A DNA stretch of 63,225 nucleotides, the filler included, from Chiloscyllium plagiosum (Eukaryota): NCBI RefSeq assembly GCF_004010195.1. It is 4 parts of one record of this genome, joined end to end, with 100 filler letters (N's around TTAATTAATTAA, not from the genome) between each part and the next. Parts side by side here need not be neighbours in the genome. Positions count along the whole stretch, not along the records: positions 1 to 16,041 come from NC_057711.1; positions 16,142 to 36,227 come from NC_057711.1; 2 more parts are not named here. One strand, written 5' to 3'. A program made the position numbers and the translations under genes. The notes under the pieces are model-generated. The model was not told where the DNA came from. It searched no databases and saw only the letters and a program-made list of their open reading frames with translations. Each line of letters begins with the position of its first letter. Positions within the stretch are counted from its first letter, which is position 1. This document shows, one piece after another, positions 14,150-28,558 of this stretch.

Positions 14150-15480
14150 ACAAGAACGAGTTCTTTTTTTTTTGGAACTGAGTTGACTGATCATTTATCC
14201 CTTTCACCATCACGGCAGATTACCTGTGTGTACTGGGAATATGGTTTGGAGAAACCGGGGTGTGCGTAAATTCTTGGGAAGGGCATATCATCAAGGTGAG
14301 GCAGAAACTAGCTTGATGGGAGCACTATTCAATTTCAGTTAAAAACCTGGTTATCAGGTGTGAGATACACTTGGTATTGCTGCAAACAGCACAGGTCCGG
14401 CTTATTCCCAAACCTGCACCTATGTAGTTACCCAAGCCATCTTCCACATCATCTGGAGGTCAAAGACAGACCACGTCCACAGCAACAATATGTATAAGCC
14501 TCTGGATAAGGGAGGAGAAAAGATATACCCAACACTGCCCTCATCCTGATGGCCACCTTTGTGTTTGGCTGCATCTGGCTGCGAAGACCCTCAGAATGCA
14601 AACACCAAGTGTCACTGCGCACTGAGGTTCTATCTGCCCCCGGGGATGTGACGAATGAGTCTAGCCTTGGTATGTGGAACACTCCAACTAATTGGACCAT
14701 TCGATAACATCTGTCCACAGAAAAATTTATAAAGGAAAACACCTTGGACCACAACCCCATCAGGAAGTGGTCAGTGTGTAGTGTCCTCAAGACCCTTCCA
14801 GAAAAGGTTCCTGTTATGTGGTTTTCTGAGCAGACAGTTGAAATCATTTGGTAGAATTCCTCATCACCAGAATTTTCCAATAAGCACCACCTTGGCTGGT
14901 GGTGAGAAGCACATGCTTGTCAGATCTTCATGCACACTGGTCTTTGTGAACCATTTCATGCTGCCCTCAAACAGCCAGCACCAAAGAGAATATCACTCAT
15001 CTTCTTCTGGAATGTGATTTTGCAAAGGAAGTCTAGAGAGAGATGCAGTGGTTTTCTTCAAGGTTCATCGCAGGAGCTCTATGACACAGGAGTCAGTGCT
15101 CTACCAGCTGTTTCCTGCGACACACACTGAGAAAAATATTGACCACACCTATTGGACCATCAATTCAATGAAAGATGCTTTTTGGTCTGCCTAAAACATG
15201 TTGGTCTTCCAGTTGAAAGACTTAACCTTGACCAAGTGTTTCAAACTGCACATTTCCAAGTTCAGGATTACGTGTTGAGGGATGCACTAAAACGCGAGGC
15301 AGCTGCCGTCAAGGTACAAAGACCCCTAAGTTTTTTTCTGCCAAAGTCCAACAAGGGTCTGTTCGGTTATCAGACTCTTTTTGCCTCAAAAAGAGTCCTG
15401 GCTGAGTGGGAAATGCCTTTAGTTTCTGCAAGTGCAGGAAATGTCAAATTCTAATGTTTGTTTTCATTATATGCTAAGAC
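14150..15480 (+). mobile_element. Tx1-like LINE 3' remnant
   Basis: Similar to 41400-42270, the 3' part of the Tx1-like element. Confidence 0.65.
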
Positions 15481-15924
15481 TGTATAGAACAGTTCATAAA
15501 GATAACCTTTTCTATAAACGAAGTAAACATGAAGAAAAAAAGTTTCTCTCCTTTAAGAACTTAAACGACTTCCTTTTGATTGAAAATTGCAGTCCTTTTT
15601 AACATCCCAAAATGTTTTGCAGGAAATATCCACAAAATTCTGCATAAAGCCCAAAATAAAGATATAAAGACTTACAAAAAATTACATAATGGGAGGCAAT
15701 TTATTTACATGCCTTGATTTAAAATGGTTAAATGTGGGTGGCTACTAGCGCTTTAACAAATAAATGGATATTTTAAATAAAATGGCCATAACGATACTTG
15801 GGCCAAGAGCGTCTATGCTTTTTCTGGGCTACCAATTTACAAATCTACGTTACTGGTGGTTATAACAGCTGTTATATTTAAATGCTTGAACTAGTGACAT
15901 CCTCTCAACATAACTACTGTATAG

Positions 15925-16505
15925 GAGGAGAAAGTGAGGACTGCAGATGCTGGAGATCAGAGCTGAAAATGTGTTGCTGGAAAAGCACAGCAGGTCAGGC
16001 AGCATCCAAGGAACAGGAGAATCGATGTTTCGGGCATAAGCNNNNNNNNNNNNNNNNNNNNNNNNNNNNNNNNNNNNNNNNNNNNTTAATTAATTAANNN
16101 NNNNNNNNNNNNNNNNNNNNNNNNNNNNNNNNNNNNNNNNNGGGCTTTTGCCCGAAACGTCGATTTTGCCCGTCCTCGGATGGTGCCTGAACTGCTGTGC
16201 TGTTCCAGCACCACTGATCCAGAATCTGGTTTCCAGCATCTGCAGTCATTGTTTTTACCTCGTTGATTTTAACCCTACTGCGAATCCTCTTGCAAGGATG
16301 CCTGCCTTGAAGAAGTTTTCCTCCCCTCTCTACAAGATCTAGCTTATCTCTCCACGCTTCAGGCTCTCTGCCTTTATTCCTGATGAAGGGCTTTTGCCCG
16401 AAATGTCGATTTTGCCTGTCCTCGGATGCTGCCTGAATTGCTGTGCTCTTCCAGCACCACTGATCCAGAAGAAGGTTTCCAGCATCTGCAGTCATTGTTT
16501 TTACC
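15925..16505. mobile_element. Penelope terminal-repeat pieces flanking a scaffold gap
   Basis: Repeated GGGCTTTTGCCCGAAA...GCTGCCTGA...CCAGCATCTGCAGTC units in both orientations. Confidence 0.8.
16042..16141. other. Scaffold gap: 44 N + TTAATTAATTAA + 44 N
   Basis: Linker at 16086-16097. Confidence 0.97.
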
Positions 16506-18271
16506 ACCATGATGATATGTCTGCAGACCAAAAACAGCCAAGGACAAAATCCACACTTCCAGAAAGTAACGTTATAACAAGGTCTGGAAGTGTCGGCAGA
16601 CCACTAAATGAAATATGATCATTTAGACTTCGGTGCTTATAAATTTTACAATCCATATTTCTACACAAATAATTTTGCTATTATCCAAAGTTTATGTGTT
16701 TTCACTTGTTGCACTTGAGAGTTATCTTTGGAAAGGAAGAAGATGAGTGCTATCACTTTAAGAGTGATCAAGAGACTCAACATGCAGATGAGGGAAGTGC
16801 CTTAACATCATTACAAGGTCAGGACCAATAATCACTCTGCATTGTAGCACTTTAGGCAAAGGATGAGCCGCGACATTACTACCTTATTATTTAACCACAC
16901 CAGAGACTTTTGATATTTTTTAAATCAACCCGTTCACATCCTGAGCAGATGAAAATTGAACCCTACACCTTCTGACCTAGAATTAGGGACACTGACACTG
17001 TACTTCAAAACTCCATTAGCGATCTTCATGTAGGCAAAAAAGTATGCACAACATTTAGTTAGCAAAAGAGTACAGGTTTTAAGGAGCATCTTAAAAAAGA
17101 GGGAATTAGAGAGGAATAGAGGTTTATGGTTGAATTTCCAGAGCTTAAAGTCTCAAGAGCTGAAGGTACAGCCATCAGTGGTGGAACAATTAAAATCAAA
17201 CATGCGCAAGAGGCCAGAATGGGAAGCACAGAAATCTCAGATTTAGTGGGGTCACTAAATGCTACAGAGATAGGGAAGGGAGAGGCCATGTGTTGTGGCA
17301 GACCTGGAACAAATATAGATCAAAGAGCACACAGATGATAGGTGAATAGAACTTGCTCCAAGTTAGGATACGGACAGCAAACATTTTGAATGAATTCACA
17401 ATATGGTGAGTGGAAAGTGGGAAATTAGGATTACTTTGAAATGATCAAGTCTAGACGTAACAAAGAAATGGAAAATAAGATATAAGCAGACTGAAACTGG
17501 TGATATTGCAGAGGTGGCAGAAGGTAGTCTATCACTTACTTGTGACATCTATATGATTAATGTACAGAACAAGAGAACTAATTCTGTGGAACTCATTCAA
17601 TTTTTCCATCTGAGATTAACATAGCTCTTAGAATGCTGTTAGCAGAAATTTTGAAATTGACGTGAATGCAAATGGTTGATGATCATTGCGTTTAGTGTGA
17701 AATTACAAAGTGCATAGAGTAAATAAAGAAAATTTGATATCAATGACTGAAGGATTGATAACCATGTCAGACAGAGGAACCAGAGGTAACATGAGGAAAG
17801 CCCTTTTCTTTTATGCAAATATGGTTAGGATTTGGAATGCACTGCCTACTGGTGAAGATAAATGCACCAAAACCTTTAAAAAGGGAACTGGGTGCATTTT
17901 GACATTAAAAATTGCAAGGTGATGGGAAAAGAATCAAGGCATGGGACAAACTGGATTGCTCCTTGAAAGAGGTTTTACAGAATCAATGGGACAAAGAGCT
18001 GCCTTTTATGCTGTAATAACCTAAACTTTTATAAATGTCCAGTTTAAACAAGCACATTTTAAGGTTATAGTGTCATTGCTATCATCACAAATGCACTTTT
18101 TTTTTGTACATTTTAGTTTGAACATACCTCAGCCATAGTTTATGGTGTAAAATGAAAAATCAGGATTTGCTTCATTTGTTCCTTCAGATACTAGAATTGA
18201 ATGTTTAAACTACTCACATTTGCAGCAGGAAAGTAAGATACCAACAGTTTTTTGAAACACATTAAATTCTA

Positions 18272-18469
<198 letters not shown>

Positions 18470-19080
18470 CTAAAAAGGTACATTTTTGAAGTACATTTTT
18501 CAACAACAATTCAAACTAAAAATGCTGAAATTATTTGGCAGGTCGGGCAGAATCTGTTGAGAGAGAAGCAGAGTTAATGCTTTTGATCTTTCATCTGAGC
18601 TAGAAAACATTAGAAACAGTAACAGGGTCTTGAGGAGATATGAATGGGAATCACAGAACCACTAACAGCACATGATGTTTGAAAAACAGGGGAGAAGGCT
18701 CTGGTCTGAGATTGAACTCAAAGTTGAGTCCACAAAGCTGTAAAATGTCTCATGGAAGGATGAGGTCATTTTGCTTGAGCTTCTGTTGGATTTGTCTGGA
18801 ACAGCAAATGAGGCCAAAAACAAAGAGGTCAGAATGAGTGTGGATGGGAAATTAAAATGACAGAGGACTGAAAGCTCAGGGTCAAACTTGTAGAGTGAAT
18901 GGATGTGTTCTGTAAGACGGCCCCCTCCCAATCTGACTTGGTCTCCCCCATGTATTGGGGAGGACATCATAAAAAGGGAATACGCTATTCTAATGTACTA
19001 TTTATACTTAGTGAATAGTGTTTGCCAATCTCCCAAGTGCAATCAGTTCATGTGATTTTAAATCAGGACAATGCATCTTT

Positions 19081-19370
19081 GGCAAGGTGGCTCAGTGCTT
19101 AGCACTGCTGCCTCACAGTGCCAGCAACCACGGTTCAATTCTAGCCTCAGGCAACTGGCTGTGTGGAGTGCACACATTCTCCCTGTGCCTATGTGGGTTT
19201 CCTCCCACAGTCCAAAGACATGCAGGTAAGGTGAATTGGCTATGCTAATTTGCTCATGGTGTTCAGGTAAATATAACGTAAGGGGAATGAGTCTGGGTGG
19301 GTTATGCTTCGGAGTGTTGGTGTGGACCTGTTGGGCTGAAGGGCCTGTTTCCACACTGTAGGCATTCTAT
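19081..19370 (+). mobile_element. HE1-type V-SINE
   Basis: GGTGGCTCAGTG..AGCACTGCTGCCTCACAG head with A/B-box-like motifs, central domain and tail. Confidence 0.85.
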
Positions 19371-19554
19371 ATTATCTCCTTCTGCCTTGCACCATCATCT
19401 CTGTGGATATTTATTTTCTTGTGACTTCCAGACTATCATAGAGCTACCCTTTTCTTTTCCCTGCACACTTTTAATCTCCTATTCCGTCTCTGTATGAGGT
19501 TAAAACATCTTACGGTTCTTTTTCTAGTTCTGATGAGAGGTTATCAAGCTGCAA

Positions 19555-20060
19555 TCATAAGGTCATACAGCTTGAAAACAAACATTTCAGCCCAACTCAT
19601 TCATGCTGACCAGATTTCCTAAAGTGAACTAGTCCCATGTGCCCGCACTTGGCCAAGATCCTTCTAACCCCTTCTTATCCATGTATCAGTCCAAATATCT
19701 TTTAAAAGTTGTAATTGTACCCGCCTCTAACACTTCCTTTGGCAGTTCATTCTATATACACTCCGTTCTCTGTGTGAAAAAGTTGCCCTTCAGGTCCGTT
19801 TAAATCTTCCCCTCTCATCGTAAACCTATGCCCTCTAGTTTTGGACTCCCCTTCCGTGGGGAAAAGATCTTGGCTATTCATCTTATCTATGCCCCTCATG
19901 ATTTTATAAACCTGTGTAAGGTCAATGATCAGCCTGCTACGCTCCAGGGAAAAAGGACCCAGCCTGTTCAGCCTCTTCTTATAGTTCAAACCCTCCAGTC
20001 TTGGTAAGATCTCGTAAATCATTCTTATACCCTTTCCAGTTTAATAATGTTTTTCCTACC
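19555..20060 (-). mobile_element. CR1 3' fragment
   Basis: LEGLNYKKRLNRLGPFSLERSRL...ESKTRGHRF. Confidence 0.88.
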
Positions 20061-20468
20061 AGTCCCATGGTGAAGCTGCTCCAGCCTGGAGATTGGTGCT
20101 TTCTGATTGGGCCTTTTGCCTAGGGAACCTAACAGCACTTTTCAATAATCAGAATACCTGGTGATGACCTCATAGAAAGCTTTATGATTGCAATGCAAGA
20201 AACCAGTCAAGTATGGCAGTGTCTGGATCTACTCCTAATCCATAATTCACGTCAAAGTTGGTAAGATTCTGTTCATTGGCTTTGATTTTCTCTCTAGAGA
20301 TGCTGCCAGACCCAGAGAATATTTCCAGCATTTTCTATTTTTATTTCAGATTTCCAGCATGTATTTTATTCTGCTTTGACTCTAAAGTTTGCACCAAATT
20401 AAACTGTACACTGACATTTCCAATTGCTCAGACATTTTAAATATTGAGTCTAAAAGGGTTTGGCTTAC

Positions 20469-20496
20469 CTCCCGCCCGGTTAGTTCAGCAACAAAT
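20469..20496 (-). CDS. GDA: GDA coding exon 6 (28-nt micro-exon)
   Basis: Acceptor ttgtcattcacag|, A-FVAELTGRE, donor |gtaagc; phases 2 to 0 bridge exons 5 and 7 exactly. Confidence 0.9.
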
Positions 20497-21406
20497 CTGT
20501 GAATGACAACAAAAGTTCAATACCAGCATCTTATATTGCTGTGTATAATGTAAGATATACCTTGAGCATCCAGGAACACATTATAACAAGTGAAAACATT
20601 TCTTAAGTCACAAGATACCATTGATTATTGAATTTAGCACAAAATAATGCTCAGGAATAAATTCAGAGACCTACCACAGTGAGAATATTTTGAATGGGCT
20701 AATGACAGTCTTGAAAAAAACATACCCAACTATATAGTGTTCATGCTGTAGCTGAATGTGCTACAAAAACACCTTTATGAATGGATGATTTTTGATTGTC
20801 CTATGCCCGAAACTGTGGAATTCCCTCCCTAAACTGCCTCTTAACTGACTTAATATGTTCCTTAAAAACTATCACAATGAAATTATTGGTCTTAATATTG
20901 TCTTAATAGTGCATTGTGTGGCTCGATATCAATTTTTTTGTTTGATAAGGGTCCTTCATGAAAGGCTCTGGCCCAAAATGTTGATCTTCCTGCTCCTCGG
21001 ATGTTGCCTGACCTGCTGTGCTTTCCCAGCAACACACTATCAACTCTGACCTCCAGCATCTGCAGACTCACTGTCTCCTGTGGAGTATGGCTTATCTCTA
21101 CATGTCTTTAAATACCCAAAGGCTTACAGAAGGCTCATCTACCTAATGCAACTGCCAACCTCATTCTGATTCTGTGGAAAACATGAGAAATCCAAGGGCA
21201 ACAAAAAGTGACTCCCTTTGTTACTTTTCCTTGTGTTTTCTTTGTCCCCTCTCGTATCCAATTGTTTTTTGCTCTTTATTTTTGTTTCTCTGCTGGATTT
21301 GAGTCAGATTTACACCCCTTCTTCCTCCATCATTCTTTTTCCTTTCTCAAAGATTCAATCTCCCTGGTTAAGGAATATGATGTTGGTCGCAGTGAAAGAA
21401 CCTTAC

Positions 21407-21512
21407 CTTTTTGTCTCAACCACAGCTTCGCACAACTTTTCCTTGTACTCAGGAAACAAGTCATTAAGGTCCATACAAACTTTACCTACAAAAGCACGCT
21501 GGCCCAAATTAT
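21407..21512 (-). CDS. GDA: GDA coding exon 5 (106 nt)
   Basis: Acceptor ttttgtgttgcacag|, (D)NLGQRAFVGKVCMDLNDLFPEYKEKLCEAVVETK-AG, donor |gtaagg. Confidence 0.96.
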
Positions 21513-21544
21513 CTGTGCAACACAAAAGAAAGTCCACGTTGTGT

Positions 21545-23591
21545 ACTCACAGCTTTGTAACAAGCAAAAATGTCTACCACTTTGTAGTAATTTGATGCAG
21601 TCATGTCTGTTGCACTCTGATTAACACTAAAAGAGTTCTGTTGAAAAGACCACATTGAGCTTTTCTACAGGATACTACAGAAGATTGCTGTCTTATATAA
21701 TTCTATAATATAATTACACAATTACATTTAATCATTTATCAACTAAAGTGCTTCAAATAAATACATACTAAGTTTCAGTTAAATTATTAAATAAACAACT
21801 TCTTCACTGTGATTTGTGGCTCAGTCTATACCAATCTTGTCTCTATGTTAGAGGCTGCTGTCTCAGACTTCACTCCAGCTCCTCAAACACGTAACCTAGA
21901 CTGATACTCCATCTCAGTGCTGCAATTCAGAGATGCCTTCTTTCAGATGAGATATTGGACTGAGACCCTGGGTAGATGTATATAAAAAAATCTGTTGCAC
22001 TAGTTCAAAGACAATCGGAAGAAATTTCATCATGTCCCAGCTAAAAATCAAACAAAGTCACAAAATATTTCCTGGGGTCATTCCTGCTCGTGGAAAATTG
22101 CTGTGTATAATTTGGCTGCATTAGAACATTACAACAGTAGCTACGGTTTAAAAGTGCTTCATTAACTTTGGAGTGTTATAGGATACTAGGAAAGGCAGTA
22201 TATACATGTGAGTTTTTCTTCTTAAATAGCTGTCTGGTAATACAGATTATCTCTGTCTGGTAATACAAATTATGGGTATTACTGAAAAAAAGACATTTTG
22301 TTGAAGCTTTTTTTTTTACCTTGCACCTATCAGCACCATTTGTGCACGATAGTAAGATGAAATGAAAACAGCAGATTGGTTGGCAAATGGACTCTGTTTG
22401 ATAGAGGTATTGCCATGGAACATGTACTGGCTAATCATGATTGACAGCAAATGCTTTCAGCTGTTGGCAACAATAAAGGTACTCAACAATCCTGTGCTTG
22501 CAAAACGCATAATGGTATCCAGTATTGAATGTGATTTCACAACTGGACATTGCTTGATAAATAATCCTGAGTGTGTGAAAAATTATCCTGACAACTAATT
22601 TAGGATTGTTAATTGGGTTTGCACTGTGGCAAACTTGTGTGTATTGAATCTAAATATGTTAAGACACAATGATCTGTTCTTTGCTGGCAGAAAGAACATT
22701 TATACACACAGGTGACAGCCATTCTCTGCTTCATTTCTTTGGCAATGCCTTGACCTATTCGAGCCAATTCTGCCTTGCTTAAAATTTAAACAGAAATTAA
22801 CTGTCAGTCATCATTAACTGGTGCAATCTTGATAGTAATACTTTACTAATGAGAATCCATTTGCTAACCATTGGCACACTCCTCTCCTTTGGTACTTCTT
22901 GCCAATCTTCCAGATAAGTAAAACCGAAAAGCTTTGCCAACTGTGTCTTTCTAACTAAAATTTATATTGACAATATATAGAAAAAGATCAAAAATACTGG
23001 GAGTCTGATATATAAATAGGAGATGCTGGAAACATTCTGCAACATCTGTGATTCAAGAAATTTAACTCAGAGCTTTGTAACAAGTAGAAATGTCTATCAT
23101 TTTGTAGTAATTTAATGCAGACATGCCTGTTGCACTCTGACTAACAAGAAAAGAGTTCTGTTGAATAGACCACTTCAGGCTTTTGTACAGGACAGTACAG
23201 AAGATTGCTGTCTTATATAATTGTATAATATAATTACACAACTGCATTTAATCATTTATCAAACAAACTGCTTCAAATATATACATACTAATTTTCAGTT
23301 AAATTATTAGATAAACACCTTTTTCACTGATGAAAACTCTTCTGATCTCCTTTGAATTAAAGTTACAGGACTTCTTTTAAAAATACATCTAACCAAAGTC
23401 TCAGTTCAATATCTCATCTGAAAGAAGGCATCTCTGAAGTGCAGCACTGAAATGGAGCGTCGATCTGGATTATGTGCTTGAGGAGCTGGAGTGAATCTTG
23501 AGCCAGCAGCCTCTAACATAGAGGCAAGATTGCTATAGACTGAGCCACAAATCACAGTGATAAAGTTGCTTATCTAATAATCTAAATGAAA
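21545..23591. repeat. Direct plus inverted local duplication in GDA intron 4
   Basis: 21545-21809 repeats directly at 23065-23329 (offset 1520); 21773-21981 repeats inverted at 23383-23591. Confidence 0.9.
21810..22170 (+). mobile_element. DeuSINE (SacSINE1/AmnSINE1-like) copy
   Basis: CAGTGCTGC..CAGAGATGCCTTCTTTCAGATGAGATATT resembles the recalled Deu-domain; related decayed copies at ~25845-26170 (+) and ~34090-34400 (-). Confidence 0.6.
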
Positions 23592-24832
23592 ATTGACATT
23601 TCAGGAAAATGAACAATGAGTTCTGATTAATGATCTTTGGTCTGAAACTTTAACTTAGTTTCTTTCTCCCTGTCTGACATGCATAGCTAGTATTGTAGCA
23701 TTTTTTTGTATTTGTATCTGAAACCAGAAAGTCTTAAATACAACAGCCAAAATTAATTCCCCTGAGAAGGATAAAATCCCTGTGGAGTGATGGGTGGTGG
23801 CTGCAATAAACACTGACATGGATAAATTATACCAAGTATAATCAGCAGTGATCATTTTGAATGGCAGGGAAGGCTCAATAGACTGAATGGCCTACTCCTG
23901 TTTCTTAGTGGTTTGCTTTTGGGCCAGATATCCCATTTAAAAAGCTTGTTTTTAATGAGCACATTTAATGTAAATAAAACAACAGCTGCTATAATCAAGC
24001 AAAAATTGGTATTAAGCATCATAAAGAGAAATTATGACAGGTGCTTAGTCAGAGTTATTTTCTACACTTTGGATGGAAATCCTAGAAGCCTGAGGCATAG
24101 GCAGATGAGGTCACAGTGGTAGAATGATGAAAAATAGTCATGTGGAAGAGGAGAACGGAGGATTTCAGAGATCTTGGATGGCAGCGGAGGTTTCAAACAG
24201 AAATGAGAATTTAAGAAGAAGTTGTTCCCAGATCAAAAGCCAATATTGGTTAGTCTTATGAGTGAATAGAAGCCGATATGAGATAGGATATGGGTAGCAT
24301 GAGCTTAAGTCTATGAAGTGTGTTAAATAGGACAGCATTAGAGAGTCCAAGCTAACAAACCGTGGGCCCTAAGGATAAGTATAGTGAATCATTACATATC
24401 ACAAATTATTTGTTAATAAATAGCAGTCAGGGAATGTAATTACACAAAAAAAACATAAAATCAATCCCAGTCACCTACTGAAGTATGGTTTCCAGGCCTG
24501 AATTGTAACTATCTTCTTTCTGACTGGGACCTACATTGTATGCAGACTGAAAGTTTGGTGTAGAATGGACATTGGACAGTCAATGCATGTGATTTTGCAT
24601 TTAATTTCTCAACTAGGGTATATAAACTTGGCGTTGGGCAGGTAGGAATCAGTCCAACCCCATCTTCCTGTACTGAGATAAACAGCATGCATTGATGTTA
24701 ACAACTAAATTTAGTTCAACTAAAGCAATTTCAGCTCACCACCACCTTCTCAAAGGCAACTAGGGTCAGGCACTAAATGTTGGCCCATCCAGTGATACCC
24801 ACATCTCATGAGTGAATAAAGTAACTTTTTAC

Positions 24833-24920
24833 CTATGATGCTGCAAAGCTTTAAAGTTGATTCGGTGTGAATGGTTGCAAAATAACATGCAATGGTAGTG
24901 CCATTTCTCAGAGTTCTTTT
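24833..24920 (-). CDS. GDA: GDA coding exon 4 (88 nt)
   Basis: Acceptor tgtttgacag|, KRTLRNGTTIACYFATIHTESTLKLCSII-G, donor |gtaaaa. Confidence 0.96.
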
Positions 24921-27224
24921 CTGTCAAACAATGAAGACATCATTAGCAAAAAGTTTCTCTTTTATCTTTAAAAGAAGAGCTTTTATTCCTTTTCTACAGG
25001 GTTTCCCTGATCCATATAGCAAAATATCAATCAAACTTGATTCTGTAAAGAAGTTACATGGAAGCAATGGACGATTCATCTTCCAACACTAGCATTTATG
25101 TTCCAAAGGGTCATTTCATCTCACTTCCAACAAAATATTCTTCTGCTCCTTTCTGCCTCTTGTTTACCTAATTTCCTCTTAAATGTGTCAATATTATTCA
25201 CCTAAACCACTGTCAATGATAACAAGTTTCACATTCTCTCCATGTCTTTGGTAAAAACATTTTTCCTGAATTCACTGTTAGAATTATAATTATAATGATG
25301 ATTACTAATTTTGGACATTACTGATATTGATATTTCTCTCCATCCAGCCTACTGATCCTCCTTATTACTTTCGCAACTTCTCCAGTGCTTTGATATCCTT
25401 TTACTAAAAACTGTCCACAGTTCTTCTAACTAGGGTTCAGTAGACATTTAACATAACCTCCCTTCTTTTCAATTCCATTTCACCAGAAAAGTATCTTAGT
25501 GTTGTGTTGGCACTTTGGAACTGCATGTGTCACTACTTTTAGCAATTTGTAAACTTGTACACCAAGATCCCCTTTGTTCCAGTACCTCATTTAGTCGATA
25601 TCTCCATTGTTCTCATAGATACCACTTTAAAAACTAACTGGTGGATGGACAAAAGTGGGAGTGAATGACCAAAACTTTACAAGGAGATCATTGTGCCCTT
25701 TGATATTTAGAACCTGTTTCTATGTGATTTCTACACATTTTGCAGATACGTCAGGTTTGGTGAATCACTCTGGTAGAAGCTGAAATCATTAGCACATAAA
25801 CCTCATGAATTGGTTAAAACAGTCACATTCTGCACAGTGACACCTGTGGTTTAGTGGGCAGCACTTGGTGTGTCTGAGTCAAAAGGTAATGAGTTCCAGT
25901 CCAGAAACTCAAGTCAAGAATGAAGATTGACATGCCCAGCACAGTATGGAGAAAGTGCTGAATTGTTGGAATTCTTTCAGAATGTTAAACTAAGATGTAG
26001 CCCATGCACCTCTCAAGTGGATGCAAGTTATTTCATGGCATCATTTCTAAGAATGTTCTTCTTACTGTTCTGGCCTATATTACTGAAACAGCTGGGCTGC
26101 TCATTATCAAACTGCTGTTTGTGACAACTGTCAATGTGCAGATTGGCTGTCACGATTTGCAGTATTATGTAAGAGTTAAAGTTAGGGACTACAAACTAGA
26201 ATGGAAGTCAGACACTTCTACATAGCTAAAATATCAAGAAGATTTTTACAACTTGAAAAGATAAGTGGGATTGAGTGTTATTTTTACAGCTGGGCAAGGC
26301 TATATTGTTTTTGGATCAGTGAGACTGTTGCATTGCTGAGACACAATGGCACTGAGAATCTTTGAGTTAAAGGAAGATTGCCTGACGACAGCGCTCGGAT
26401 TGGTTCAGCTGTAATCTGTTACAGATCCGTGAGGACCGTGCTGGAGGAAATGTCTGTTTCTCTCCATCCAATCTACTTTGTCTCTGTGACTGAAAAGACC
26501 AAAACAGAAACCTAGGAACTAAAATGGAAGCATTCTAATACAAGAAAGCACTAATCAAGTCCACCAAATCAGTGATTGAATTGGAGATTGATTGTTGTGC
26601 TGTCTATGTGAATAATGTTTTAAAGGGGTATAGTTTAAGTTGTATAGTACTAAATTAGTGTTTCTTTTCCCTCCCACTTATTAAAGTGTAAAAGAGGCAA
26701 GCTCCATCACAAGCAAGGCACCTGAGGCTGTCATGTAATATTGTGGATTGTCATTTATGTCATTGGCACCTGTTGCCAAACTTCTGTGAACACTGGTCAT
26801 TGTGAGTGTGCCTCACCATTTCTCTTTTTCCCAGCTAATGATTCCCAGGATACGACAATCAATGTTGAAAGTTTTCAGGCCCCACTTGCAAGCATCTCTG
26901 ACATTCTACAATCTGTAAAGACTGAGACCAAAGATTTAAAAAAAACTGATCAAGGAACTCCTCTAAACTGATGATGTTGTGCTCGTCCTCCTCACAGGAA
27001 CTCAGCTACGAAGACTCACAGATTGTTCCTCCCATCTTTGTAACTTGTTCTGTCTGACTTCAAGTGTGAAGAAAACTGGGGTTGTGAGATAAGGTTGCAT
27101 CTTTTACCCTGGACACACTGAATGCACCCCACTGGAAGTCATGAGCAAATGATGCCACCCAGGGTCAGATAACCTGTCACTTGTTGCAGAACATGATACA
27201 GAGAGAAAATAGTCACTACCTTTG

Positions 27225-27372
27225 TCTAACTCATGAAACGCCTATGGAACCAAGTAAATGCTTTTGTAAGCTCTGTGTTCTCAACACTTTTCTATTTGGC
27301 TGTGAAACATGGGCAACTTTACACTGCTAGGAAAGGAAGCTCAATAATTTCCATCTTTGACATCTGTAGCAT
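27225..27372 (+). mobile_element. RTE-clade LINE fragment
   Basis: CVLNTFLFGCETWATL...ERKLNNFHL resembles the RTE LLYGCETW motif. Confidence 0.5.
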
Positions 27373-28558
27373 GTAATGGCTAGTGTGAGTTTGTCTAGAA
27401 CACTGTGCATTACCTAATGTTTATACTTCTCCTATAATATAAGAAACTGGGCAATGATATTGTGGTATTGATGAATCCAACAGACATTTATTGCAACTAC
27501 TATAAATAAACATTGTCTGTGTGTAAATGCCTGGGCTAATATTAACCTATTATTTTGCAGTGGATGAGCATGCTTCCACTATAGTGTCATACTTCAAATA
27601 ACCAGAGGGAAGATGGGTGTTTATAGTCTTAGGTCACATGCTAGTCACATTAGAGTGGTGATATCATTAGCATGTCTCTTTAATGTATACTGAGATACTG
27701 ACTGTGAGTCACAACACAACAACGAATATATCTTGACGGCCAAAATTGTGAATATAACAATTCTCTCAAATCTTCATTCATAATGATGACACATTTTTAG
27801 GTTATTAATTCAACATGTGAAAGGACTAATTAAAGATTGCTCAGAAAAATGTGCAATTTGATCACTGGGTGATCTAAGGCAATATGATGAGGGAAACATG
27901 GGAATCACATAATTCTTGCTGTGGACAACAAATTTATGAGAGGTTATGGGTGAAGATTTTTTAAAATAAATATTTGATCAGAATATTATTTCTTGCATTT
28001 ATTGGAGGTTTGACCATAATAAGTAACACCCAAAATATATACTGGTGGTAATATGGTAAAATAAACTTTTGATAGATAAATCTGGGTTGATGTCTTCCAA
28101 GCAATTTCCAAACCAATTAAACACAGCTAATTGAATAACTTGTTGTTGGACAATGCAAGGTTGAGGTGTTAATTCGCTTTTAAGTTGTGTTTGTTTAATA
28201 ATTGCTGCATTAACACACTTGCTTCCTGCTGCCTGTAATGGAAGTGGTGACAAGCATTTGAGGGAAAAAAAAATTTGCCTGACAAAACAATGTATGAAAG
28301 GATTGCTGTACAGACAGCCAGCATTTACTCAATGGGCGGAATGGCCTTTTGTGCCATAACAGCTCTTTGACTAAGATTACAGAATTAGTTACTGCTAGAA
28401 TTCCTAGGAGAAAGAAAAGGGCAGAACTAGTCATTGCACAGTAAGCTTCAAACAGCCTGTAAGATAGAACAGTTTTGAGTTCATAAACACCTCCCATCAT
28501 TTTGATGGAAGACATTGGAAAATAAATATATTGAGGTATATTAAGATATTAGACATAC

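Noticed and set aside
16086..16097. TTAATTAATTAA palindrome repeated three times inside N-runs
   Set aside because: Identical 44N-12-44N layout with stops in all six frames; an assembly linker, not biology.
16875..16930. ...LNNK|gtagt resembling the end of GDA exon 8
   Set aside because: In-frame TGA shortly upstream and no SHISE motif.
26168..26710. Possible solo LTR (TG...CA with ATTAAA)
   Set aside because: No target-site duplication and no second copy in the window.
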